Assembly: GCA_965153285.1 (NCBI GenBank)
Contig: OZ229121.1
DNA length: 64,000 nt
Strand: one strand, 5' to 3'
Source of the DNA: Podarcis tiliguerta
Lineage: Eukaryota
The position numbers and the translations under genes are program-made. Shown here piece by piece: positions 27,001 through 41,000 of the stretch (position 1 is the first letter of the stretch; each line of letters starts with the position of its first letter). Below the pieces are notes generated by a model, which made no database searches, was not told the origin of the DNA, and saw only the letters and a program-made list of their open reading frames with translations.

Positions 27001-28973
27001 AATGGAGAAATCCTTGATCATGTGTAAGAAAATGCCAAAGCTGGATTGCAGTTTTAAGCAAAAATTGTTTCAAGTAGGCTCCATTGAAGCTAGAGTGCTA
27101 TGCTTCATAGTTAATGAGTTTACAAAAGAGGTATTATATATATCTGAATGAATAAAATCAAGAATGAAATTGTAATATTGAGTTGCCAGAGAAAGTAGAG
27201 GTTTTTTAATGAGACGATCCTTTGTTAGCGTAAGAATTCTGGGTGTTTTTTTAAAATATAAGATTTTATGTTGCATATTACTAGCTTACAGGTATAATAC
27301 AGTAATAATATAAAATTATTGGATAAAAAGTAGTGAATTGCTTTTTTTAAAGTGTATTCTGATGCTGTGCAAAAATCAGCTGATTTGGAATTGCCTTTAA
27401 TGTATTTTGTTTATTTTCTACGTATCATAAGTTTTCCATGGTGTGTGGTCTGAGTATATACAGTAGAATAAGTGGTGAGCACCTTTTAAGAAATTTTAAA
27501 GTGACACCATTAATGACCTTAACTGGTAAATACCATTTGTGGATTTTGTCAACTAAGCTTGGATAAAGTCATGTCTGATTAAACCAAACAACTGTCTCTG
27601 GAGCTATGTATACTAAATTTAGTGTCCTTCATTCTATTAATGCTGTTGAGTATTGGATTAAGCTAATTCGGTAACAAGCTTTGCTTGGGATTAGTATGAC
27701 ACAGCCATTGTGGAAGTGGGGTTTCTGAAGGTCATTTAACAATTCAGCAGTATCCTTTGGACTATAAGGATTTTTTTTGTATATGACTTGAGACCATGGA
27801 ATTTAATGGAATTACTTAATATTTTTACATATGCATATGTTCCTCTTCCCCTCCATCCCCCCTCTCTCCCACATACCCAGAAATGACATTGGGCATCATA
27901 TCTTCTTTGCAGTATGCCTCGGTGAAATGTGGAAGTAGTTTCAAGTTTTTGATGAAGGGGATACTATGGTTAATTAGATGCTTCTAATTATTTCATTAGG
28001 GACGCGGGTGGCGCTGTGGGTTAAAGCCTCAGCGCCTAGCGCTTGCCGATCGAAAGGTCGGCGGTTCGAATCCCCGCGGCGGGGTGCGCTCCCGTTGTTC
28101 AGTCCCAGCGCCTGCCAACCTAGCAGTTCGAAAGCACTCTCGGGTGCAAGTAGATAAATAGGGACCGCTTACTAGCGGGAAGGTAAACGGCGTTTCCGTG
28201 TGCGGCTCTGGCTCGCCAGAGCAGCGATGTCACTTTGGCCACGTGACCCGGAAGTGTCTTCGGACAGCGCTGGCCCCCGGCCTCTTTGAGTGAGATGGGC
28301 GCACAACCCTAGAGTCTGTCAAGACTGGCCCGTACGGGCAGGGGTACCTTTACCTTTACCTTTTAATTATTTCATTGTGGCCACTACGAAGGGGAGAAGA
28401 GAACACAGGCTGTGTATACAGGCAAAAGGCTCATTTATATCTCGGTTCCTTAAACTTGAGTTAGGATTATCTAAATTCACCTGGAGTGTGCCATTCTAGT
28501 AGACCTTTCCCCAAGTAGATCTATTTGTGAAGAATTCTTACACACACACATACCAGTTCCTCTACAGTGTTCCTGTGTATATTTCTTACTTTTCAATGTC
28601 TATTTTCTTTCTCTTTCAACTGTGGGTGTGATCAAGTTTGCTTCCTGCTTAAATTGCAGTGAAGTCGAACATCCTGCGTTTGACTTAGAAGCCAGGTTTG
28701 ATGTCAAACTGCTGGCCAGCTGCAGCTGGGAACAGGACTCTTTTTCTGACCTAGACTTAGTTAAAAAAACAAACACCACAATTCAGTGAGGTGAGGCTTA
28801 CAGCAAGTTCTAAATCACTTGCTTTGAAGTTGAGAAGAATACCGATTTTGACGGTGTTCCAACCGACACCTGTTTATTGATTGTGATAGACATTGACCAT
28901 AGCACACATGGTCTTGACAATTTCATTACAGGCCAGTTTAGATGTTTGAGTTCAGTGCTGCTTCCCACCTCTC

Positions 28974-29013
<40 letters not shown>

Positions 29014-32000
29014 TCCCTAACCCTTCACCCGAGCATCAGAGGGCGGTTTACAACATAAAAACACAAAAATACATAAACATAGTAACAAAAACAATACCCC
29101 CCCCCCCGCCAAGTTTCACTAGCTAAGAGCCTGTGAGAAGAGGAATGTTTCTGAGGGTGCCAGGCGAGCCTCTCTGGGGAGAGCATTCCACAAGTGGGGA
29201 GCCACTGCAGAAAATGCCCATTCTCATGTTGCTGCCCTCTGGACCTCTTGTGGAGGAGGTAAACGGAAGAAGGGCCTCAAATTGTGATGACAGGGTCTGG
29301 ATCAGTTTTTATGTGGAGAGGTGGTCCTTGATGAATTCAGCACTTTGAATTGGGCCTGGAAACTAATTGAAAGCTAGTGCAGTCGTGCCAGAATCGGTGT
29401 AATATGCTCAAACTATATTGTTCTGGTGAGCAAGCTGGCTGCTGAATTCTGTACCTGCTAAAGTTTCCGAACTGTCTTCAGAGGCAGCCCTACATATGAC
29501 ACATTGCAGTAATCTAACCTTGAGGTTACCAGAGCATAGGCAATGATAAGCTATTCCTGTCCAGACAGAGGTGCAGCTGGGCTACTAGCTGAAGCTGATG
29601 GAAGGCACTCCATGCCACTAAGGCCACCTGAGCCTCAAACTGACATGGTTTTTTTCTTTAAAAAACTGCATGAGTTTTTCCAGATATTCAGAATAGAAGG
29701 ATGGGGCAAGGAGATCCTGTTTAATATTTCTCCATGTCATTTTGCAGCTGTGAAGCCACTTTCAGTTCAACAAAAACATTGTGGGGGAAAGGGAACATCT
29801 TATTGAATCTACTTTGGGCCCAGTAATGTATTCAGATTTTAGTATTTGGAAATGTAAAAGCCTGCCTTTTCTGTCTAGAAAATGAAATTGGGGTAGCCTA
29901 AGATAGTAAAGAGATTACCAATTATCACATGGTTTTCATAGTATGTGATTTATATAATAGTGTAATAAATGGAATAAGTAGTGAACATCTACAAAAATTC
30001 TAAAACGACACCATTAATGACGTTATTACTATGTGCTGTTTGGCAAACTACTGTGGATGTTGCAGCAGCAGCAGCTTTTCTTTATCTATTGGTGGTTGGG
30101 CAAGGTGATGTTTGAAGTCCTTAACATATCTCATTATTCTGTACCAAATTCATTTTCTGAGCTGGTACATCCTTTAAGGAGTTCAAACCTTTTCTTGAAA
30201 GGGGTCTAGATGTTCAAAAATCAGTGAAGATGTTTTTATTTCTATCCTGATAATGAAAAAAAGAAAACCCATTTGTGCCAAATTGGGACTTCTCTGTTGC
30301 CTTCAAATTCTTGTAAATAGAACATTATTACAATGCTCCTCAAATAGCAGGATTGGCTCTTTGTCAACTTTTGGATAATTCATGTGTACTGTATAGTACA
30401 ACGTGTCCCAATCCTAATTTCAAGCCAATTATGTAGTCTGTGGTTGTCTGCTTGATTATGCCTAATATGTTTCATAACATTTTGGTTAAGGTCACAGAGC
30501 TGTTTATATTGGTGTGCACGTCCCCTTTGGAAAGCAGGGTCGACGACGTCATAGGCACCGTGGACATAAGCATCATAAAAGAAGAAAAGAAAAGGAAACT
30601 GACAAAGAAGATGGGCGAGAATCTCCATCCTATGGTAAAAAAAAAAAAAGATAGTTCTTTCATTGTGCTTTAAGCAGCAATATAGTAAAACACAGTTTTT
30701 GGTTATTTATTTTTAAGAAGAGTATAATTGACAGCATGGTAGGGTTTTATGGGCATGTTCCAGAGAAATTACATTAGTTAGTTGCCTGTGTTTATACAAT
30801 GTTCGCAGAGCTTATTGTCTCATTATTATTCTTTATGAACTTTTTACGTCAAGAACTTGCACTCTGTTCTTGTGCTACATAATCTTAAAATTATTACATC
30901 TGGTCAGTGGCTAGTCAGATTAGATTCAGAACTTTTTAATTGTTTTCTAATATAGAGCCTTGAAAATGGTGGGGTTTCAGAGACGTTTACGTGGCTGCTA
31001 ACTTGATTTTTGTGTTAAATACAAGAAATGTACATGACTACAGATAATGAAATGAATGTAAAGAGAGAAAAGGGGGAAACATTGCGTAACATGAGTGTTG
31101 TAATGTTAAAGGAGGAAGTTGTATGATGGAGAGAGTCTGATATCCATAAGGAAGTAGTTCAGGAATTTGGATTTGTGAATTTCAATTTATTAATGCACTC
31201 AAAACTGTAGCAAGATTAAAGCCATATAACAAACTTAACCAAACATTCAGTATTATTCAGGAGAATATGCATTCTGCCTGGATTGTTCATATATATATAT
31301 TTTAAATAGTTAATATCCCTGGATTCCCCCCCCCCCCCCGAGAAGGATCATGTCCAGTTTAATCCATGACAATTGTTGTGACTATGATCATGGAAAGACA
31401 TGGAGCTAAATGTTTGTACTCCCATTTAACATCCAAATGCATTTTGCTCCCTTTGCCATTTTTGTTCAGTGGAAGGTTTTGCTAGAAGGTTAATAAGTTA
31501 GAAATGAGTTAATCGAAAAAGACTCAAATCAAGTTTGGAAATCTTGGTACTGGAACAAGAGGCTTCATTTCATTCTCAAACCATGATAATCTCCTTTATC
31601 TGTTAAGGATTTTTGTCTGTTTTTCTATGCCGGTTATGATTTCTGTTTGTAAAGAAATCTTTCTGCGTAAAGATTAAGTACCATTTCAAATGTTCCTGTA
31701 TTTAGAAACATAGCAATCATTCTTCTCTCTACAAATTTTGTATATTGCTAGTACACAAGCACAGTTTGCTCAAGACCATACACTACCTTCACGGTAGATG
31801 TGTAGAATCATAGAATTGCAGAGCTGGAAGGGACCCCAAGGGTCATCTAGTCCAGCCCCTTGCAGTGGAAGAATCTCAGTCAAAGCATACAAGGGGAAGA
31901 GAGGGCAGTGCGTGAAGAGAATCATGGTTTAATGTTAATGTGAGCCAGCTTAAAGAATCTTGCTTATATATGGCCAAGGGAAATAGGTTATACATGCGCA

Positions 32001-35000
32001 CCAGTCAGTCTTTGCCTCATGTATGTTTGGCAATGGTTCATAAAACCTTTGTAAACCAGGGACTAGCACATGCCTGTGCACAAAAGGAGACCCTGATCAT
32101 GGGATCCATTTGTGCAAGACAGATTCCTGGAGTGTGTATTGTATGGGCACTCTTTCATAAATGCTGCAGTCCAACTGATCTCAGGGAGACCTAGCCATTG
32201 CAGAGTTTCTGCAAACAGTGCTCTGTTTTGTTTCAAATTAGCTGTATGTATTCATGTACATTCATTGCCCACTAAGAACCACTGGAATATGGGGAGCTAA
32301 AATCTAAATAATAGATGGTGTTATTTTTCTAGAAAGTTGGTGGTTAAAAAATAACTTCTCTTCCACTTCCAGCATCAGTGGTTGTCTTTTTGTTTTTAGC
32401 AGTGTGATGGTATAGGTAAGAGTTTGACAATCTAAACCTTAAACTAAGATGTGCCCTTCACAATCTTATTTCCATCAAGACACACCATCCCAGAGGGTAC
32501 AATTTATCCTGGGTACCGAGGATGATGATGAAGAACACATTCCCCACGATCTATTCACTGAAATGGATGAACTTTGCTTTAGAGAAGGAGAAGAATATGA
32601 ATGGAAAGAAACTGCCAGGTAACCAATGGATATTCCTCGTCAAATTCTCTCACTGATGATTACAGCACAAAGAGACTTGGCCCTCCAGTTTACATTAAGA
32701 CAAGTGGAAATCTGTTTGAAGTGCCTGATAAGTATTCCTTAACACCTAAGCATACTTCTCCTAGCTCCACGGCTGTTGATACTACTGCTTATTTTTTAAA
32801 AAAGATATTGCTCACTTTTATATAAGGGTGCTGGTGTCAAGTGGTAGGGTGGTTGAGAAATGAAGGATAAATGAGGCTGTAATCCTGTACTCTTTTACCT
32901 GGGAGTACGTCCTAGTGAGTTTAGTACGGCTTACTTCTGAGTAGGAAAGAATACGATTTTAATAAAAGCAAACACTTACATTATAGAATGTATGGAAAGA
33001 AGATTCTGAGAAGCAGGGCCAAATGAGAGATTTTATGTATTCTTATTTAGTTCTTTTTGTTGTAAATTGCCCTGGGGCCTGTGCAAAGAGCGGTATATCA
33101 ATCATCTAAAGAAATACATAGATTGTAAATAGCAGAGTTTTTAAAAATTAAAAATAGTTTTATTAAGTTTTTTTGTGTTTAAATAGCAGTATTTTGAAAA
33201 ATAACGACTTGTTAGTGTGCATGTAGCTCAGTGTATTTTCGTTTCAGATGGCTAAAATTTGAAGAAGATGTTGAAGATGGTGGTGATAGGTGGAGCAAAC
33301 CTTATGTGGCTACCCTGTCTCTGCACAGTCTCTTTGAACTGAGAAGCTGTATCTTAAACGGGACAGTCATGTTGGATATGAGAGCCAGTACGCTGGATGA
33401 AATAGCAGGTAACAGCCAGTTTTCCTTTAAGATTTTTAAAATTTTGCTTGTGTAGATCTAGTTCTAAAAAACAAACAAACAAACAAAAAACAGTTTTTCA
33501 GTTATTCTGTCTAAGAAAGAAACACGATAAAGGCAAAAAATTCCCACCATTATACTTAAAGCTTGAAGTTAAAAGTCCTGCTGATTAACTGTGTTTCATT
33601 AGCAGATAAGGGCCATGCTAAAAGTTGTACTTGCTTTAATTTTCTGTAGCATAATGTTGTAACACTAAAAAAATCATTTTATTCAGTGTGTTAGCGTAAA
33701 TCTTAACCAGAACCTCTCTGAGGCTGGGGTATTGTCACTGGGGGAGATAACAAGATGGTTCCAGCCTGAGGGTTTATATTGCAGGGCTTCGTTGCTTATT
33801 CTGTCGCTCTGCTACATATTTTGTTGGCAGCAATTTTAAGTTTTGGGATTAAATCTAAGCAAAAATGTGCCTCATTTAGAAGAAATCTGGACATTTCCAA
33901 ATAAGGACCACATTGTATACAGGATGATTGCATCTTGTGCACAATTCACTTGCGTTATTTCAACCTTGTGCGGTTGAAAGACAGCTGGTTGAAATTGCAT
34001 GCATGGTGGAGAGCTTAAAAGCTCTTTTTGTGCTGGGTTTTGCTGGCACGGAAAGAGCTTTTAATGGCTCTGCCTTGTATACTGGGCAAGTTCTGCTCAG
34101 TGCATGGACTCTGGGATGCTATCATGAGATCTCGCAGGAGCTTTGCATTGTTTAGAAAATGCTTGCTTTATAATCTTTAACCAGAATCATCATTTACCAA
34201 AGGAAAGTCTTACGGATTGCTCTTAATGTGGAATTTGACTTAAATCAGCTTCAGGAGGTCACTATATTTTTGATTTAATCTTTTTCTCTCTATAGATATG
34301 GTATTGGATAACATGATAGCTTCTGGTCACCTGGATGAATCTATGAGAGACAATGTCAGAGAAGCTCTTCTGAAGAGGCATCATCATCAGAATGAAAAAA
34401 AATTCACTAATCGGATTCCCCTTGTCCGATCCTTTGCAGATATAGGCAAGAAACATTCTGACCCTCTCTTGCTTGAAAGAAATGGTGAGATAAGTCATGG
34501 CATTCAGTTTGTTTTAACTTTTAACAAATTTAATGCAGAGATGTGAGAAAAGTCAGCACACTTGAAGAAAACAAGTTCATAATTCATTCCTGATATATAA
34601 GGAGTTGAGTAAACATTTGTCTGTAGAATTAGTGACTTTGTCTTCATGCCTTTTGACCTTTTGATCTGTAAGAGTTGAGAACTGTGCTTACACCACTGAA
34701 TATATGGATAGATGCTTGTGAAACCAAGGCTTATGAATATTGTGTCTTGTTTTATTATATACCTCCCCTATTTTCTGGCTCTTCCTGTTTTATGCCTATG
34801 CTACTGAATTTTATAATAAGTCCATTTTTCTTTTAGGAATAATCAATAAATGATATTTTGGTGAGGAAAACCACACTGCTTTTTATCTAAATGATTGCCT
34901 TGGTTTCTCCTGTTTGCTATTCTCTGTATGTGCATGTGTTTATATTTGCTTATAATATAGAATCATTATAGGATATTCTGATAGTGTGCTTTTTATTTAC

Positions 35001-38000
35001 TGAGTGGCTCTTACATTTGGTGTTTCGTTTCTGTTGGTGTGGTTTCTGATGCTAAAAAAAAATAGAGTCACTGCTCTGGTAATTTCAGGTAATCAATGTG
35101 TATCTCATTTTATATTGCTATCTATACTCTTAATTAGAATTATCACATATTTGACTTTTCATGTATGTATATTTCAAATTGCTGATTTTGATAAAACCTG
35201 CCTCTAAAGATCTTGAGTTTGGTAGCTCCACAGCAAACTGTTGCATTGTTATTAGGAGCCTGTAATCAGTACAGAGTCTTTTTAGGCCCTAAACCTAGTA
35301 TTTTTCTTCCATACCTTCCTGTGGTGACTTGTTTTTAAAGTAGGAAAAACAAAGGATCACATACTGTTGACACCCTAGGTCAGGATAGTGACTGTGTTTT
35401 TATTTTGCATGTTGTACTTCAGATACTGTACTTCTTGTTTTTCCCAGAACTTGTTTTGCAGAAGGTGCTTATATGTCTGCTTTAATATATATAGATTCCT
35501 TTATCATAAGCATAGCACTTAGATGTTTTGCTCAATTCTCTCGGGATCTTAAGCAGTCACCAGTAATATATTTCTTCTTCCTTCCTTCCTTACCTTGTAG
35601 ATATGTGTACATATAAGCTGACTTTTTTAACATCGAAAATTCTGCTTAGCTCTTATGTTTTGCTTAAGTCTTATCTCACCTATGACTGAGTGATGTTTTG
35701 TGTTTTTAGAGTTTTGTTATATAAAATATGAATAACTTGTCTTCCTGCTGAACATTTTTTTTTATCACTTTATTTGTTTTACCTCAGGGGAAGGCCTTTC
35801 AGCCTCCCGCCACTCATTACGAGCTGGTCTCTCTGCCTCAAATATTTCCCTGAGAGGAGAGAATCGCTTATCCCTTCTTCTCAATTACCTTCTTCCTGGA
35901 TCTCCAGCCGTCTCAAGGAGCGCAACCCCTTTACCTACCCCACAAAGCACTCCACCTTCCAGTCCTAGGTGCGGTCACAAGGGAACCACAAATTTACCAC
36001 CAGCTGAGCACCAGGGTGCTGAACTAGTGTCTCCTTCTAGTGATGATATCCCTAAAGTAGTAATTCATCCACCTGAGGAGGATTTAGAAGCTCAGGAAAG
36101 CGAGGAGAAGACGACAGAGGATAATAGTGACATAATACCAGGCAACTATTTGAACTCAAATTGTCCATGTGTGGTGCTTTCTGCAGCTGAATCACGTCCA
36201 CTGCAAAGTTTTTATCACACAGCTTGAGCAATCATGAGTTGTATATCAGTCTGTCACTCGTTTGCATGCTTCATTTCTTCTTGTGTGATATTTTCTTGTG
36301 TGATACTTTAGTCAGTATTACGAACTGGAGTTGACACTGAAATATTAACACAAGTATTAACACATTGAAAGCAATGAAATATCTGAGTATTTCTCCATAC
36401 TTTTTATGTTCATAACCTAAAGGAATTCATTCAGCAAGTGCTTCTGCCTTTAAAAAATACGAAAGAAACAAGCGAGTTATACATTATAAACTTGAAACTA
36501 AGATACCAAATGGTGGCCTTTTACTACTTTTTAAACCTCGTAATTTATAGTAGGTGATGTATACTTCAGCACCAGAAGATGCCAGTTACTTTAAAAATTA
36601 TGGTCTGTTCTTTGAAAACACAGTAACATGCTGTACTCAACTTGAAATTCCTACTTCAGGGTAATAAACCAGTTCTTTCCTGTTTAATTTGACTTCCTAT
36701 GTGAGACCTCTTGCATCAGTCTCATGTTCTGCACAGTAGCTTTTTGCACAGAGGTTGAGACTAGGAAGATTGACTACTCTAGCTAGGAGCTTAACATCTG
36801 ATTATGTGTGTTGGTGTACAGCAAATTATTTTTTCAGGCTATTGTAGCAATCAGTAACCAGCAATCAGTTGTTTTAAGACTTGCGATGTAAATGTAAAGT
36901 ACGTATATATTTAGGGTTAAATGCTCTGAAAGTCTTCAAACTGCAAAGTCGAATGTACAATTTTTTTTACTTTTGACAGAAGTAGGTCCCCTGCAAATAT
37001 GGACTAAACATCTCTCTCTTTCTCTCTGACTCACGTTTTGTTGCAGTGCTGTGTAAAGTGTGACGCAGCTTGAAGATGCTTTGTAAGCCATATCCTGAAA
37101 TTATTGCTTTTCTCTGAGGTTGTTTTATTCAATTGCTTTCCTTTGTTGCTCTGTTTCTTGGTTACTGTCATCTGGGGGCACTTTGATATATTAGATTAAT
37201 TTAAACTTTGAGCTTTCTGTTATCTCATGTGAGAAGATATGACCATTGTAGATTTTCATGGAATTGTGTCTTTCAGTAAATAGATAATCTGCTCTGCAGG
37301 TATTGGCACTGTCTGGGATCAGACAACACACTGCACAAAACAGTCCTAAGTTTTCTGAACTTGGATTCCACTAGAATAGGATGCAAGGGAAATAATGATA
37401 ATTTAGTATGAAGTAGTGTAACTAAGAGCGGGCAAGCAATTGTCCTAGAGTACATTTGCTTGCCTGCTCTGCTACTGCAGAGAAAGCCTTCTCTTGCATT
37501 CCCAATTTACAACAGTAGTGTCTTGTAGAAAACACCCCCCCCACACACTCCAATAAGTGGGAAGCCTTGTATTGGAGAAATGGGTACTTCAAGTTTCCTG
37601 GTCTAAACTGATTAGGGTTATAAAGAAAATAACCAGCATCTGGAATTGAGCCAGTGAAGTTGATTCAACAATGAAGTAATGTGATACCATTTACAAGAAA
37701 GATCTTTGGTTGTTCCCACCATAATGATGCCTCAGTGGTTCTAATCGACAACCTCCAGTGGTGTTTCTGTAGATGTTCAACATGTTGGGGACAAGTTGTA
37801 ACTCTGTGGCTCACCGTAAGCTAGTGGCCATGGAATTGAGCAGTACCCCTCAGATACCACCTTCTGAGACTTGCCTGCTAGAAAGGACCAAAGATACTGT
37901 AAAGCAGTGTCACCAGCCCCAGGAACATAAAAAGCCACTTGAGACGTTAAGCAGAACCAATAGGACGACACTTCTCTTGTCTAGTTTCTGATATACTGGG

Positions 38001-41000
38001 CAATCCTGTTGGAGGATAAGTACCATCACAGTTCCAAAGCAGGGCTGGAAGCAAGACTGAACCAGCTGAGGCAATTTCTTTTACATTTATTTATTTAATG
38101 TTCCTAATGTGGACTGTTTGTTTCTGCACAAAGAGGTGGGTTGTTTTTTTTGCAGTGGCTTATTGAACTCTGTGTTATATACCAGCTCTGTGATTCTGTG
38201 ATTTCTTGGTAGCCCAATCTGCATCTTGTCAAGACTAGGCCAAGGTTCTTAAAAATGCAGTTTTAAAACCATGTATTTCATAGAATGTTACAACAGAGGT
38301 AGTATATTGTGTCTGTTGTCCAAAATGGTGAAACAACAGTTTCAAAATAGTGTACAAGACTAGATGGTAGATAAAGCAGTGAATCAGAAAAGAAAAAAAG
38401 TTGGCATCTTGTAAGAGTTATAATTAGTAGCAGCAGCAGTAGTAGTAATTTTAATAATAGTAAAATGTGTATATCGCCCTTCAAAACTAATGCAAATCCA
38501 TTGATTTTAATAGGTCTGCTCTGAGTGTAATTTTGTTGGATACCACTCTGATATGTCTTTGAAGTTTATAACAGTTCTTCTTGTTATTGGTTTTTTTCTT
38601 AAAACTGGTTTGCCACCTTGGGAGCAGATGAAACTGCAGTGTTAACTCCAAATAAAATTGGTTCCTCTTGTTCATGTGTAAAATTAATTCTTAGGATCAT
38701 GGGTCACATCCTATTTAAAATATATTCTTGCTTTAGTGTTGACTAATGGAAGAGAGATGTACTCTTGAGGCCAGTCTTGTAACAAGCTAGGTGTTTTGCT
38801 AGGTATTCTAAAGTATGTTTTTGTGGTTTTTCAGACTCATAGAAAGTATGACATCCCTCTGATGCACGATCCACACACAAAGCATTGGTGGTTAGACACA
38901 CATTCTTATGTTCTCTTTTAAAAAATAACACATTTTTGTTCTGGTGCATTTTGCAAAAGGCCATCATTTAGGCAACATCTAATTTCAACTTTTTAACAAG
39001 TGTTCATTGTTTTTCAGAAGAAAATAACTTGTTTGTGTGGCATTTTTGATACTAATGCACCTTTTGTTTATTAACTTCCACATTCGCTTTTAGAAAGCTG
39101 CCACTGTCATTGTGTAACTAAGTCTGTTTTCTACTGATGTAATTTTGAATGGCCCTGTATATTCTGCTTGTAGGACTCCTTGCATCGCCACAATCTGCAC
39201 CCGGTAATTTGGACATTGGAAAAAGTGGAGAACTTAAAAGCAGTGGAACAGGGGGAAGTAGAGAAAACAGCACTGTTGATTTCAGCAAGGTAAACTATGT
39301 CATTTAGAGAGTAGAGAGAGAGAGCTTTGTGAATTGTAAAGCTGTTTATTTACTCTGGGTTTATGATCATTATTTGTATATTGTTAAAAGCAAAAATTCT
39401 AAGTGATTTTTTGTTTGTTTGCTTATTTGAAGTTACTTGTGACAGATTTCCAATAGATCTGTAATGACTCCTGGAAAGAAATTAAGAATTATGAACATAT
39501 TTCCATAATTTTCTGGACTGTAGGATTAGCAGCTGATGTCTGTACATTACTTCCTATATAAATGACCAAGGAAATCTCCTACAGCCACAAACGATGACCA
39601 TGGTTTGTTTTAGCCATGGTTTCTAGTATGTCCCCTACCCCAAGCTGCCTCTTATGCCAATACCCAGTTAATACCTGAACACATTTTGTAGTGCTCTGGA
39701 TTGGCATGGCCTCTTCATCACCAGCTCATTTATTATTGGCCAGCTGCAGAAACAGGGTAGAGAACTCCTCCTGGAAATCTCTGGCTACATTTGGTGTGCT
39801 TAGAGATAGCAAGAGTCATGCAGCCTTACGGATGATTCTGTTTTCCAGCCAATATTCCCTTATGCCTTTTGTAGCAAGGTTGTACCCTACTTGGTCACAG
39901 TCCAGTTGCAGCCGTGGAAGCCTGGTATGTGCCAGTGGTGCTAAAATCGACACTTTAGGACTGAGTTCAAGTGTGCAGAACTGAATCCTTTAGTATTGGA
40001 ATGAATGCTATCTTGCAGTGAAGGTTTTAATGCGGTGTATATTTTATTTCCTGGAAACAATATATGAGCCTACATTTCTGTTGTTGCTTGAAGCATTTAA
40101 GGCTCTATTCCTCCTCCTAGTTTTCTGTATTTAAACCTGCAGAGGGACAAGATTGCATCCACTTGTTTTATATAATTCAGTTGAGCAATGTAATTACTAA
40201 TTTAAAAGTTGTCTGTGAATGTGCATCTTGTAAATTAAATGTAAACGAAGTTAACTTGCGTTTTAGTTAATCATGGCAGATGCCACTATTCCTGCTCCTC
40301 TATCACAGTTTTTGTGTTTTTACTTGGCCTATTCTTCTCTGCACCTGCCTTGTCTCCTGTTGGGCAGGAGTCTGCCTCCTGGCACTGTAGTTGTGGCACA
40401 CTTGGTGTGGGACTCAAGAGGCCAGCTGTAAGTTTTATTTCCTAGATAGCTGTGTAACTGGTGTCTTAGTTTCAGTGATCTTTGTGTATCTGTCTGTATG
40501 TGAACCGATAGTTCATGTGCTGTACAATATGGTGGTATCCTTCTGTAATTATATACACAGTTTGCACAATTACTTTATTAATAAACCTTATATAAATATC
40601 AATAGATACTTCTCCAAATCTAGTTTTTCCCCTCAGGCTGATTTTATAAAATGAAAGAACTTTGTATATAACTGCAGTGACTTTTTAGTGATATTTGTAG
40701 ATACCAATAATAAAAACTGTTTTTTAAAAAAAGTAGTTGTGTTTAAATATTTATACTAAAATATGCAACAATGTGTGCAGATATGGTTACATTAGAAATG
40801 TATTTCTGAAGCTTCTTCTGACACACATTTGTTCCTGTAGCAACACCGTAGTGTTCTGTTCACAACAGTCACATACCATTAATCCTAGTTTGAGAAACAC
40901 TTTTAGCATTAATCAACTGTAAACTAAGTAGCTATTTTTAATCCTTGTAAATAGGTAGATATGAATTTTATGAGGAAGATTCCCATAGGTGCAGAGGCAT

